DNA of 64,000 bases from Patescibacteria group bacterium (lineage in GTDB: Bacteria > Patescibacteriota > Patescibacteriia > Patescibacteriales > JAQTRU01). The notes beneath the pieces were generated by a model. The model was not told the DNA's origin. It did no database searches and saw only the letters and a list, made by a program, of their open reading frames with translations. A program made the position numbers and the translations under genes. Positions 45,242-54,009 of this stretch are shown in pieces. The stretch spans positions 599 to 64,598 of the forward strand of contig JBAZPX010000003.1 of the NCBI GenBank assembly GCA_041645555.1, written 5' to 3'. The stretch's first letter is position 1. Each line of letters starts with the position of its first letter.

Positions 45242-45577
45242 ATGAAAGAAATAAAAAGAATAAAAAACCTGTCCTTGGCTAAAATTACGGCGGCGATTTA
45301 CGGCTTAGTCGGATTCTTTGTGGCCATAGCCGTCGCTATCATAAATATGGCTAATATTTTAATTCGGGAAGATTACAGCAATTCGGTTCTTCTCATTACT
45401 CTTTTTAATTTTGGGATAGGAATTTTAATCGGAGTGGCAACCGCGGTCGCCACGGCGATTGTCGGCTGGGTAATCGGTTTTCTTACGGCCGCTCTTTATA
45501 ATATGTTTGCCAGGCGTTTAGGCGGAGTAAAGCTTGAATTAGAGGAAACCGAAGAAAAAAAAGAAGAGGGACAATAA
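45242..45577 (+). CDS. small membrane protein
   Basis: 111-aa ORF with 2-3 TM segments and an acidic tail. Confidence 0.6.
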   Translation: MKEIKRIKNLSLAKITAAIYGLVGFFVAIAVAIINMANILIREDYSNSVLLITLFNFGIGILIGVATAVATAIVGWVIGFLTAALYNMFARRLGGVKLELEETEEKKEEGQ

Positions 45578-45632
45578 AATAAAATTATTATTAATATAAT
45601 AAGGAGGACTATTTTTCTCCGTTCTTAAAAAT

Positions 45633-45944
45633 ATGTATCTAATTCAAGACAGCAAAGATCTCCTTTTTGTCGTACTCGCTTTCTGTATCCTCTGGCTGAC
45701 GATTTTTTTAGCCTGGTTTATCTATTATCTGGCGATGATAATGCGCCAGGCCTATAAGGCGGTAAAGGAGACCAGAGAGAAAATTAATAAAGTTGACGAA
45801 ATCCTGAAAGCTTTAAAAGACAAAATTGAGCACAGCGCTTCTTATCTGGCTTTAATCGGCGAAGGAGTTAAGAAGTTAGTAGGGGTTATAAAAGAAAGAA
45901 GCGAAGAGAAAAAAGAGAAAAAGGTTAAGGTAAAAGCGAAATAA
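45633..45944 (+). CDS. small membrane-anchored coiled-coil protein
   Basis: 103-aa ORF with one N-terminal TM region and a Lys/Glu-rich helix. Confidence 0.55.
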   Translation: MYLIQDSKDLLFVVLAFCILWLTIFLAWFIYYLAMIMRQAYKAVKETREKINKVDEILKALKDKIEHSASYLALIGEGVKKLVGVIKERSEEKKEKKVKVKAK

Positions 45945-45951
45945 ATTTAAA

Positions 45952-45982
45952 ACCCCATTAGAAATTCCGTTTCTAACGGGGC
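45952..45982. repeat. hairpin form of the ACCCCGTTAGAAAT repeat, 9 nt upstream of the next start codon
   Basis: ACCCCATTAGAAAT tcc GTTTCTAACGGGGC, then GAGTATATT ATG. Confidence 0.65.
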
Positions 45983-45991
45983 GAGTATATT

Positions 45992-46381
45992 ATGGCTAAG
46001 AAAAAACCAACGAAAGGCGGTTTAAACGCGCCGGTTCAAAAAGATTTAAGAGGGGAAATAAGAAGATATAATTTTAAGGGTGTAAAATTTAACGCCTTAT
46101 TTACCAAAGCCGGAAAATATAGAAGCGGCGATTTTCATCCAATTACCCAGTACGATTTAATTTTAAAAGGCAAATTCCAGATTACTTTTCGAAAAGGCGA
46201 TAAAGATATAGTTTTTACAAAAAGGGAGAATGAATTAATAATTATTCCGCCCAACACCCCGCATTTATTTAAATCCCTTACCAATACCGTGATGCTGGAA
46301 TGGTGGGACGGGCCGTTTGAGGTTGGGTATTATCAGCCGTATCGGAAGATAGTGGAAAAACAGTTTAAGAAGAAGAAATAA
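45992..46381 (+). CDS. hypothetical beta-rich protein, possibly cupin-like
   Basis: 129-aa ORF. LIIIPPNTPHLFKSL resembles a cupin motif-2 region. Weak assignment. Confidence 0.5.
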   Translation: MAKKKPTKGGLNAPVQKDLRGEIRRYNFKGVKFNALFTKAGKYRSGDFHPITQYDLILKGKFQITFRKGDKDIVFTKRENELIIIPPNTPHLFKSLTNTVMLEWWDGPFEVGYYQPYRKIVEKQFKKKK

Positions 46382-46564
46382 TAATTTATAGGAGGGTTGT
46401 TGCGTCGCCCGTTAATAGTATGTTATAATTGCATTACTAATGCGTATAATTAATCTTTGATTGAAATTGCTAATATTAGTATTTATTTTGATATATATTA
46501 TTTTTTGTGAGAAGGCCATTCTATTAAAAGTGTGTTTATTTTTAGGTTTAATTTAGTTCCATTG

Positions 46565-46593
46565 TTGACATATTAAAATAATTAATGTATAAA
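46565..46593 (+). promoter_or_regulatory. near-consensus promoter at the left edge of the AT-rich island
   Basis: TTGACA (46565-46570), 17-nt spacer, TATAAA (46588-46593). Confidence 0.5.
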
Positions 46594-46625
46594 TAGTAGT
46601 TAAATATAAATAATAATTTAAATTT

Positions 46626-47015
46626 ATGTTTTCAGTTTATTATAAAAATAAGATAAAAAACGTTTTTAGTAGTTTTACCCAACCAAAACCCTGCAGAGAA
46701 GTATTAGAAGCGAATTTTTATAAGCTCCCAGAAAAAATAGAAGTTAAATGGTTTCGGGATGGTAAATTTATAATTGGTATTATTAAAGACGGGGAACGTG
46801 AATATAAAACTCAAGCATTATCAGCAGATGAATTTATCGAGATGGTAAACGATACCTTATATACTGTTTACGATATCCCAAGTAATTGCATAAACATATT
46901 AAGTAAAATAAAAAGATTTTATCCAAAACAAGATGAAATTGATAAGTTAAGAAATGGTAAAATAAAGTATTCGGATATGTTTTTAGTCAGAGAGAAAGAA
47001 TTAATTCCTGCATAA
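46626..47015 (+). CDS. HicB-like antitoxin candidate
   Basis: 129-aa ORF ending 4 nt before the HicA-like gene. KIEVKWFRDGKFIIGIIKDGE...QALSADEFIEMVNDTL resembles the HicB N-terminal fold pattern. Confidence 0.35.
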   Translation: MFSVYYKNKIKNVFSSFTQPKPCREVLEANFYKLPEKIEVKWFRDGKFIIGIIKDGEREYKTQALSADEFIEMVNDTLYTVYDIPSNCINILSKIKRFYPKQDEIDKLRNGKIKYSDMFLVREKELIPA

Positions 47016-47019
47016 TAAT

Positions 47020-47274
47020 ATGGGGGAATATGCGAATGTGAAAAGAAAGAATATAGATAGTTTGTTAAAATGGCTTGTCAAAAAAAATCAGTCAATTAGT
47101 GTTGAAGCTGGAGGTAATCATCAAATAAAATTAAAATACAGTTTTTGGAGAGATTGTTTCCCGATACCATTTAATCATTCCGAAGTAAACAAGTATATCG
47201 TAAAGGATTTAATGGAAAAACTTGTAGCGTCAGGAATATGCACGAAAGAGGAATTTGATGATAAAATTAAATAA
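47020..47274 (+). CDS. HicA-like mRNA interferase toxin candidate
   Basis: 84-aa ORF. LLKWLVKKNQ..VEAGGNHQIKL...PIPFNHSEVNKYIVKDLMEKLVASGI parallels the HicA/YcfA pattern (G-S/N-H, then P.P.H...). Confidence 0.45.
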   Translation: MGEYANVKRKNIDSLLKWLVKKNQSISVEAGGNHQIKLKYSFWRDCFPIPFNHSEVNKYIVKDLMEKLVASGICTKEEFDDKIK

Positions 47275-47354
47275 TATTTACAGAAAAAGAGGAGTTAATG
47301 AATTTAACTCTTCTTTTATTTTACCCCAGTCTAAATTTCTAAACACGTTCTTGA

Positions 47355-47364
47355 GGGGGGGGGG
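47355..47364. repeat. homopolymeric G10 tract
   Basis: GAGGGGGGGGGGAG in an otherwise very AT-rich intergenic region, followed by a small hairpin and T-run (CAGGC/GCCTG TTTTTT). Confidence 0.9.
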
Positions 47365-47637
47365 AGCAAACACGGATGAGCAGGCCCAAATGAGCCTGTT
47401 TTTTCGTAGTCAAATTAGCAATTTATGATTTTGTCATACTAATTTGGAAAAGTCGATGATCTTGCTATTTTTGTCAGAATAAATTAATATTAATTTGTAA
47501 ATAAAAAATGAAAGCATTATGGCAATACAAAAAAGGTTGATGAAGCGATGAGTGCAGAATTTTTAAATAAATTAAAGGAGGTTGTAATAGAAAAAGATTA
47601 AGCAAAGGATTTCAGAATTTTAATTGGTAAAAAATTT

Positions 47638-48738
47638 ATGAATAAAGTTAAAATAAATATTCCTGGTTTTTATGATGTGGAAATAAATGATTTTGGCGAG
47701 AGTTTAACAGATCAATTTCAAATACTCATTGAAACTTTTTTGAAAAATGGTATAGTGAATATTACTTCTACTTTCGTTAAAGAAAGCGAAAAGGTGTTTA
47801 ATGGCTTTGTTAACCAACAAATATATGAGTTAAGTGATAGATATTTTGAGAATTTTACTATCGTAACAGAGAATTTATTAAACCCAGTCAGAGGTCAATA
47901 TAGAAATGCGCTTATTTTATGGGAGCAAGTACTTGAATTTGTAAAGAATTACGAAAAAAAAACTGGCAAGCAGTTGCACAAGAGAACTCCTTATTATTTT
48001 TCTTCTATCACAGCAATACTTAGTAATAATTTTGATGAAGCTCTTATTTTAATGCATTTAGCGCTTGAAGAAGATAAAAGAAAACACGGCAATTTTAAAG
48101 AGGATCCGGCTTATTTATTTTTGTCTTTAAATGATGAGAAACAAAATCAATATTTTAAACCTTTTGTAGACGGTATGGCCAATTTTATAAAGAAGAGATT
48201 GGATATAGGAAGTGATAATTATCAAAAATTAAGAGGCGGATTATTGGATTATGATAATTTTAGATTTAAATTTCTTGATAATGATTTAATTTCTGATGAA
48301 ATGAGGTTTTATTTTGTTTATTCCATAATTCGTCTCTGGCATTTAAGAAAATTACACAAAAGTAAAATAAGCGATAATATTATGGCCCCGACAATTTTCA
48401 CGCAGTCTTTGGGTGGGCTATTGATAATAATTGAAGAAATTATAAGAAAGAAATATTTAAGAAATACTTTTGGGCCAGCCCTTAAAGAGATGTCGAGAAT
48501 TTTGGGTTGGGATTCTGATATAGATTTGAGGATTATAAATAGTGCACGTGATACAAATTTTGACCAATGGGTAGATGATTGTTTGTCAGGAAATTCATTG
48601 TTGACAGATTTTAAATTGTCCTACGGTTTACGAAATTTTACTTTCCATAGTATTAAAAGTCAGAAAAAATTATGGGACGAATATACACGTATATTACAAT
48701 CAGTTTTGAATTGTTTGTTTAAGTTAGTTGAAGTTTAA
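47638..48738 (+). CDS. hypothetical all-alpha protein with a C-terminal HEPN-like R-x4-H motif
   Basis: 366-aa AT-rich ORF. YGLRNFTFHSIKS contains R-N-F-T-F-H (Rx4H) in a helical C-terminal region. No other motif recognised. Confidence 0.45.
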   Translation: MNKVKINIPGFYDVEINDFGESLTDQFQILIETFLKNGIVNITSTFVKESEKVFNGFVNQQIYELSDRYFENFTIVTENLLNPVRGQYRNALILWEQVLEFVKNYEKKTGKQLHKRTPYYFSSITAILSNNFDEALILMHLALEEDKRKHGNFKEDPAYLFLSLNDEKQNQYFKPFVDGMANFIKKRLDIGSDNYQKLRGGLLDYDNFRFKFLDNDLISDEMRFYFVYSIIRLWHLRKLHKSKISDNIMAPTIFTQSLGGLLIIIEEIIRKKYLRNTFGPALKEMSRILGWDSDIDLRIINSARDTNFDQWVDDCLSGNSLLTDFKLSYGLRNFTFHSIKSQKKLWDEYTRILQSVLNCLFKLVEV

Positions 48739-48826
48739 TAGTAATTTTGGGGTTAGTACTTTTTATTTTAGGATATATATAAAATAAAATCAGTCAGTTT
48801 TTTAATTGGCGTAATTATTAAATAAT

Positions 48827-49873
48827 ATGGGAAAAGGATCGATTGTAAATAAACCTTGTCATTGCGGGAGTGGTAAAAAATATAAAAAATGCTGCAAAGA
48901 TAAAGATGAATATATGAAAAAAGAAAAAATAAATGCTGCTTTAAGAAAGGAGTTAAATATTGGTAGTATAAAAGAATGTCTTTTTCCCGATAAGACAGGT
49001 TGTAGTGAGAAAGTGATTAAGGCTCATTCAATTCAAAATAATAGAATATTAGATGTATTGTCTGAAAATGGAGAAGTGATAATGCTGAGGCCAAATGCGA
49101 CTGAATATAATTTTAAAATACAAGCAGAAAAAATAGGACGGGGTAGAGCCACTACATTTACTGGGTTTTGCAGAAATCACGATAAAGTTATATTTCAGCC
49201 AATTGAAGATAGTGATTATAAATTTAATAACATAGAACAAAATGCCTTGTTTGCTTATAGGGCTTTTGTCAAAGAACAACACGCAAAATTAAGTCAGTAT
49301 AATATTTTTTCTAAATATAAAAATTCTTACGAAAAGATGGCGTGGGGGTTGATAGGTGCTGAGGCTGCCATAAAAGATATGGAGTACCATCTTGATATTT
49401 TTAGAAAAATCCTTTTTAAAAAAGAATATGATCTTATTGAAACGAAAATAATTGTTTATGACAAAATTTGTGAGTTTGCAGTGAGCTCAGCCTTGAATTT
49501 GAGTTATGATTTTGAGGGTAATAGCGTTAATAATTTAGATGACCTTAAAAAAAGAGCGATACCTTTATTTTTAACAGTACTGCCAAGTAATGGTAAAACG
49601 TATGTGCTTTTAAGTTATTTCAAAGAAGATAGAAAGCGCTTTATTTTTATTGATAAACAAATAATTGGAGTAGATGAGGGATTACAGCAAATAAGGCTTA
49701 CAAATATTCTGATGATAAATTGCGAAAATATTGTATTTTCCCCTCGTTTATGGGATAGAATTGATACCGAGAAGCAGGAATTATATTTTTCAAAATTGCT
49801 GAAAAATTTACATGAAGAAGAGTCGCCGGGTGATATAGCGGAAGATTATGGTTTAAATTTTTTTATCAACTAA
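48827..49873 (+). CDS. SEC-C motif-containing protein of unknown function
   Basis: 348-aa ORF. N-terminal CHCGSGKKYKKCC is a SEC-C zinc motif. It is followed by KAHSIQNNRIL ... FTGFCRNHDKVIFQPIE, whose family I cannot name. Confidence 0.65.
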   Translation: MGKGSIVNKPCHCGSGKKYKKCCKDKDEYMKKEKINAALRKELNIGSIKECLFPDKTGCSEKVIKAHSIQNNRILDVLSENGEVIMLRPNATEYNFKIQAEKIGRGRATTFTGFCRNHDKVIFQPIEDSDYKFNNIEQNALFAYRAFVKEQHAKLSQYNIFSKYKNSYEKMAWGLIGAEAAIKDMEYHLDIFRKILFKKEYDLIETKIIVYDKICEFAVSSALNLSYDFEGNSVNNLDDLKKRAIPLFLTVLPSNGKTYVLLSYFKEDRKRFIFIDKQIIGVDEGLQQIRLTNILMINCENIVFSPRLWDRIDTEKQELYFSKLLKNLHEEESPGDIAEDYGLNFFIN

Positions 49874-49977
49874 TAACGTGTTATTATTAAGATAGCGTCT
49901 CCACAAATTGTATTCCAACGGCAAACGCAAGATTTTGCGTCTCTACGACGGATATCCCCACGAACGCCGGAGACGCA

Positions 49978-50220
49978 ATGGCCGAATATAACAATAAATT
50001 TGGACCGCAATCAAAAAATTTATCGTCAATCATCAGGGGGTTTAAAATTGGTGTAAAAAATTTTTCTAACCAAAACAAGATGGATTTTATTTGGCAAAAT
50101 CGTTTCTATTATCATATTATCAGGAACGAAGAAGAATTAAATAAAATCAGGCAATATATTATTAATAACCCTTTGAAATGGGAGTTAGACATAAACAACC
50201 CTGAAAATTTGTTGATGTGA
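49978..50220 (+). pseudogene. C-terminal fragment of an IS200-like / REP-associated tyrosine transposase (RAYT-like)
   Basis: NKFGPQSKNLSSIIRGFKIGV...WQNRFYYHIIRNEEELNKIRQYIINNPLKWELD is the conserved C-terminal half of this family. The HUH/Tyr N-terminal half is missing. GC hairpins (GCGTCTCC...GGAGACGC) lie upstream. Confidence 0.6.
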
Positions 50221-50312
50221 ATATAAAAATAAAAAAGAGCGGAGATGTTTCCGTTCTTTTTTATTATAATTATATTTCTAATTACTAATACCTAATATCT
50301 GATAACCAACAC

Positions 50313-52547
50313 CTATTTCTTATATCCGCAGTCTTTATTACTGCATTTCACCCCGTCTTTCGCTTCTACCAATAGGGCTTCGCAATCAGGGCATTTCTCG
50401 CCCGTGGGTTTTGCCCAGAAAGCGGTTTTACAATCAGGATATTGGTTGCAAGCGTAAAATATTCCTTTGCGGCCGCGCTTCTGGACGATTTCCCCCTTCT
50501 CGCAAGCCGGGCAGTGGACGCCGGTTGGTTTACTGCCGGTTGTATTTTCTTTTATATTTTTTAAATTCCGGCATTTGGGAAAAGCGGAGCAAGCGAGGAA
50601 CGGGCCGAAGCGGCCGACTTTTATCGCCATGGGCGAACCGCATTTTTCGCAGGTTTCATCTTTATATTTTTTCTGGATTTCCTCTATTTCTTTATTATCC
50701 GCCTTACCGTCTTTATCCCGGTCAGTTCCGGGCATGGACTTAATATTCTTGCATTCCGGAAAGGCGCTGCAGGCCAGGAATTTTCCATAGCGGCCGGTTT
50801 TAATTATCATGGCGGCGCCGCACTTATCGCATTTTTCGTTTGATTTTTCTTCGGGCATAATTTTATTTTTATCGATTTCCTGATATTTATTAGTTAAATT
50901 ATCATGGAACGGCTTATAGAAATTTTCGATTACCGGCTGCCACTCGGTTTTGCCTTCGGCGATATTATCAAGATTATCTTCCATCTCGGCCGTGAATTTA
51001 TAGTCAACGATTTCGGAAAAATGCTTGACCAATAAATCAATCACGACGAAAGCGATATCGGTCGGAGCCAGTTTTTTATTATCGTCGCGGATAACATAAT
51101 TTCTCGCTTCAATCGTGGCAATAGTCGGGGCGTAAGTGGAAGGCCGGCCAATGCCGTATCTTTCCAAAGCTTTAACCAGGCCGGCGTCAGAATACCGAGC
51201 CGGCGGTTTGGTAAAATGCTGCTGGTTATCCAGTTTTTTTAAATCCAGTTCTTCTTTTTCTTTTACTTCCGGCAATTGCATTTCTTTGCTTTTTTCCGGG
51301 TAAATTTTTAAATAGCCGTCAAATTGTAAAACCTGGCCTGTCGCCCTAAACTGGTAAGCCGTATCTTTGGCGCTAACGTCAATAACCGTGGCGTCCACGA
51401 TTGCGGCCGGCATTTGGCTCGCTAAGCTTCTTTGCCAGATTAGATTATACAAGCGGTATTGGCCCCCGACTAAAGACGATTTAATCGATTCCGGAGCCTT
51501 GTCCGCTTCGGTCGGGCGGACAGCTTCGTGCGCTTCCTGGGCGTTTTTTGATTTAGTTTTAAAAACGCGGGGAGAGGAAAGGGAATATTCTTTTCCCAAT
51601 TCTTTTTCCAAGTAATCTTTGGCTTCGCTTAAAAACTTGCCAGAGAGGTTAAGGGAGTCTGTCCTCATATAAGTAATCAAGCCGCTTTCGTATAATTGCT
51701 GGGCAACCGTCATCGTCTGCTTGGCGGAAAACCCGAGCCAGCGGTTGGCGGTCTGCTGCAGAGTGGAAGTGGTAAAAGGCGTGGGCGGATTTTTCTTCGT
51801 TTCTTTTTTTTCAACCTTAGCGACGAGATACTTAGCGCCTTTAAGTTCATCTAAAATTTTCTTTGCTTCCTTCTCGTTTTTTATTTCCAGCTTATCAATG
51901 GTTTTTTCGCCGACTTTATTTAAAGCGGCAATAAATTCCTCTCCGCCCTCCTTTTTTAAATCGGCTAAAATACTCCAATATTCTTCCGGCTTAAAGTCTT
52001 TAATCTGTCTTTCCCGCTCAACGATTAAGCGGACGGCCACGGATTGCACCCGGCCGGCGGATAAGCCCCGCGCTACTTTCTTCCATAAGAAGGGGGAAAG
52101 CTCATAACCAACCAGCCGGTCTAAAATCCGGCGGGCCTGCTGGGCGTCAACCATTTTCATATCAATTTGGCGGGGGCTATTTAAAGCTTCCAAAATCGCG
52201 TCTTTGGTAATTTCGTGAAAAACTATTCTTTTGGTTTTCTTTTTATCAAGTTTTAGCGCTTCGGCCAAATGCCAGGCAATCGCTTCCCCTTCGCGGTCTT
52301 CATCAGAAGCCAGGATGACGGTGGTCGCTTTTTTCGCCAGGTCTTTCAGTTTAGCCACGGTTTTTTTTGCTTTGGCCGGGACGATATATTTCGGAGTAAA
52401 GCCGCTCTCAATATTAATCCCCATAACGCTTTTCGGCAAATCGCGGATATGGCCAAAAGAAGACTCGATTTTATAATCGGGCCCTAAAAATTTTGTGATA
52501 GTTTTTGCTTTGGTCGGCGATTCAACAATGATTAAATTTTTGCTCAT
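50313..52547 (-). CDS. topA: DNA topoisomerase I
   Basis: Starts MSKNLIIVESPTKAKTI (52547). Toprim domain, catalytic TYMRTDS, and several C-terminal C4 zinc ribbons. Confidence 0.95.
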   Translation of the reverse strand: MSKNLIIVESPTKAKTITKFLGPDYKIESSFGHIRDLPKSVMGINIESGFTPKYIVPAKAKKTVAKLKDLAKKATTVILASDEDREGEAIAWHLAEALKLDKKKTKRIVFHEITKDAILEALNSPRQIDMKMVDAQQARRILDRLVGYELSPFLWKKVARGLSAGRVQSVAVRLIVERERQIKDFKPEEYWSILADLKKEGGEEFIAALNKVGEKTIDKLEIKNEKEAKKILDELKGAKYLVAKVEKKETKKNPPTPFTTSTLQQTANRWLGFSAKQTMTVAQQLYESGLITYMRTDSLNLSGKFLSEAKDYLEKELGKEYSLSSPRVFKTKSKNAQEAHEAVRPTEADKAPESIKSSLVGGQYRLYNLIWQRSLASQMPAAIVDATVIDVSAKDTAYQFRATGQVLQFDGYLKIYPEKSKEMQLPEVKEKEELDLKKLDNQQHFTKPPARYSDAGLVKALERYGIGRPSTYAPTIATIEARNYVIRDDNKKLAPTDIAFVVIDLLVKHFSEIVDYKFTAEMEDNLDNIAEGKTEWQPVIENFYKPFHDNLTNKYQEIDKNKIMPEEKSNEKCDKCGAAMIIKTGRYGKFLACSAFPECKNIKSMPGTDRDKDGKADNKEIEEIQKKYKDETCEKCGSPMAIKVGRFGPFLACSAFPKCRNLKNIKENTTGSKPTGVHCPACEKGEIVQKRGRKGIFYACNQYPDCKTAFWAKPTGEKCPDCEALLVEAKDGVKCSNKDCGYKK

Positions 52548-52671
52548 ATTATAAAGTATTATATAATTTTTTGTTTTCCGCAAGTTAAATCTTATATGAC
52601 AACATGGTTTTAGGCAGTAATCATAGTTTTAGCTGATTGTTAGGTTAATACGATTATACATTGTTTATTTT

Positions 52672-52764
52672 CCTACGAATTACGAATTTTTTACGAATTT
52701 ACGAATTCTTTTTAAAATGTTTTATGTTATATTTGTAAATTCGTACTGATTTGTAGTTTGTAGG
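52672..52764. repeat. TACGAAT/ATTTGTA palindromic intergenic element, copy A
   Basis: CCTACGAATTACGAATTTTTTACGAATTTACGAATTC ... GTAAATTCGTACTGATTTGTAGTTTGTAGG. Confidence 0.65.
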
Positions 52765-52795
52765 TTTTAAAATCTGGCGAGCAAAATTACTTTTA

Positions 52796-53899
52796 TTACC
52801 TAGCTAAAATATAGTACATGCCGCCTAAATTTTTTATCATGCCTTTCATTTCCATTATGACCAGTGTACTATTTGCCGTCGCGGTGTCAAGCCCGGAAGC
52901 GCGGACAAGCTCGTCAATATGAATTGGCTCAAAAGAAAGAAGGGAAATTATTTTTTTCTCATTTTCCCCCTCCGGCATTATGATTTTAGCGCTGATGTAG
53001 GCGGTGGCCTGGGTTAAATTTAAGGTTTCAATAATGTCAGAGGCGCTGGTAACGACTTTTGCCCCTTCTTTAATAAGCTTATTGGGTCCGGCCGAAGCGG
53101 GCGAATAGATACTGCCGGGTACGGCAAAGACTTCGCGATTTTGCTCTAAGGCGTAAGAGGCCGTGATTAAAGCCCCGGATTTTTCCCCGGCTTCTATAAC
53201 TAAGGTGCCAAGGCAGAGGCCGGAAATAAGGCGGTTGCGTTGGGGGAAATTATGCCGCAACGGCGGAGTGCCAAGAGGCAGTTCCGAAATTACGGCGCCG
53301 TCAGCAGCGATAATTTTATCCGCCAGGTAGCGGTTCTGCGAAGGGTAAAGATTTTGCCTGTCCAGGCCCGAACCCAAAACGGCAATAGTTTTTCCTTTAG
53401 CCGCTAAAGTCGCCGAATGGGCTAAAGAGTCAATGCCCAAAGCCAGGCCGCTAATAATTGTTAAGCCGTTTCCGACTAATTCCTTTACAATATAATCGGT
53501 TATCTGCTGCCCGTAGCTAGTAAATTTTCTCGTTCCGACTACGGCTAAAGTAAAATCATTTTTTAAATCAAGTTTTCCTTTGTAGTATATAAGAGGAGGG
53601 GGGTTGTAAATTTCCCCTAAGAGGGCGGGATAGGATTTATCCGCAATCATCATGACTTTTATGTCTTCTTCAACCAATCTGGCGGCTAACCGGTCAGGGT
53701 CGATTTCCCTTCTGGCCGCGATAAATTCTTCGGCGATATTTTCTTCAAGGCCGGCTTTTAGAAGTTCCGGAAGACCGGCTCGGAAGGCGTTTTTTAAACC
53801 GGCGTCCCGGGGGTAAAAATATTTCAATAGTTTTTTAAACCGGATTGGCCCGAATTTCTGGAAATTATTTAAAGCCACCCAGTATTTCAAGTTTTCCAT
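52796..53899 (-). CDS. dprA: DNA processing protein DprA (Smf)
   Basis: 367-aa ORF. Rossmann-like core GLALGIDSLAHSATLAAKGKTIAVLGSGLD, FPQRNRLISGL, and a C-terminal winged-helix region. Confidence 0.9.
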   Translation of the reverse strand: MENLKYWVALNNFQKFGPIRFKKLLKYFYPRDAGLKNAFRAGLPELLKAGLEENIAEEFIAARREIDPDRLAARLVEEDIKVMMIADKSYPALLGEIYNPPPLIYYKGKLDLKNDFTLAVVGTRKFTSYGQQITDYIVKELVGNGLTIISGLALGIDSLAHSATLAAKGKTIAVLGSGLDRQNLYPSQNRYLADKIIAADGAVISELPLGTPPLRHNFPQRNRLISGLCLGTLVIEAGEKSGALITASYALEQNREVFAVPGSIYSPASAGPNKLIKEGAKVVTSASDIIETLNLTQATAYISAKIIMPEGENEKKIISLLSFEPIHIDELVRASGLDTATANSTLVIMEMKGMIKNLGGMYYILAR

Positions 53900-53912
53900 A
53901 CTTTAGAGGCTC

Positions 53913-53952
53913 GCCCCGTTAGAAATTTTAATTTTTAAATTTCTAATGGGGT
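53913..53952. repeat. inverted pair of the ACCCCGTTAGAAAT repeat in the dprA 5' UTR
   Basis: GCCCCGTTAGAAAT (53913-53926) and ATTTCTAATGGGGT (53939-53952). On the minus strand, ATTTCTAACGGGGCGAG lies 13 nt before the dprA ATG. Confidence 0.65.
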
Positions 53953-54009
53953 TGACTAAAAATTTAAGGTATGCTAAGGTAATATATCAAAACTCCTTTT
54001 TAATTGAGC

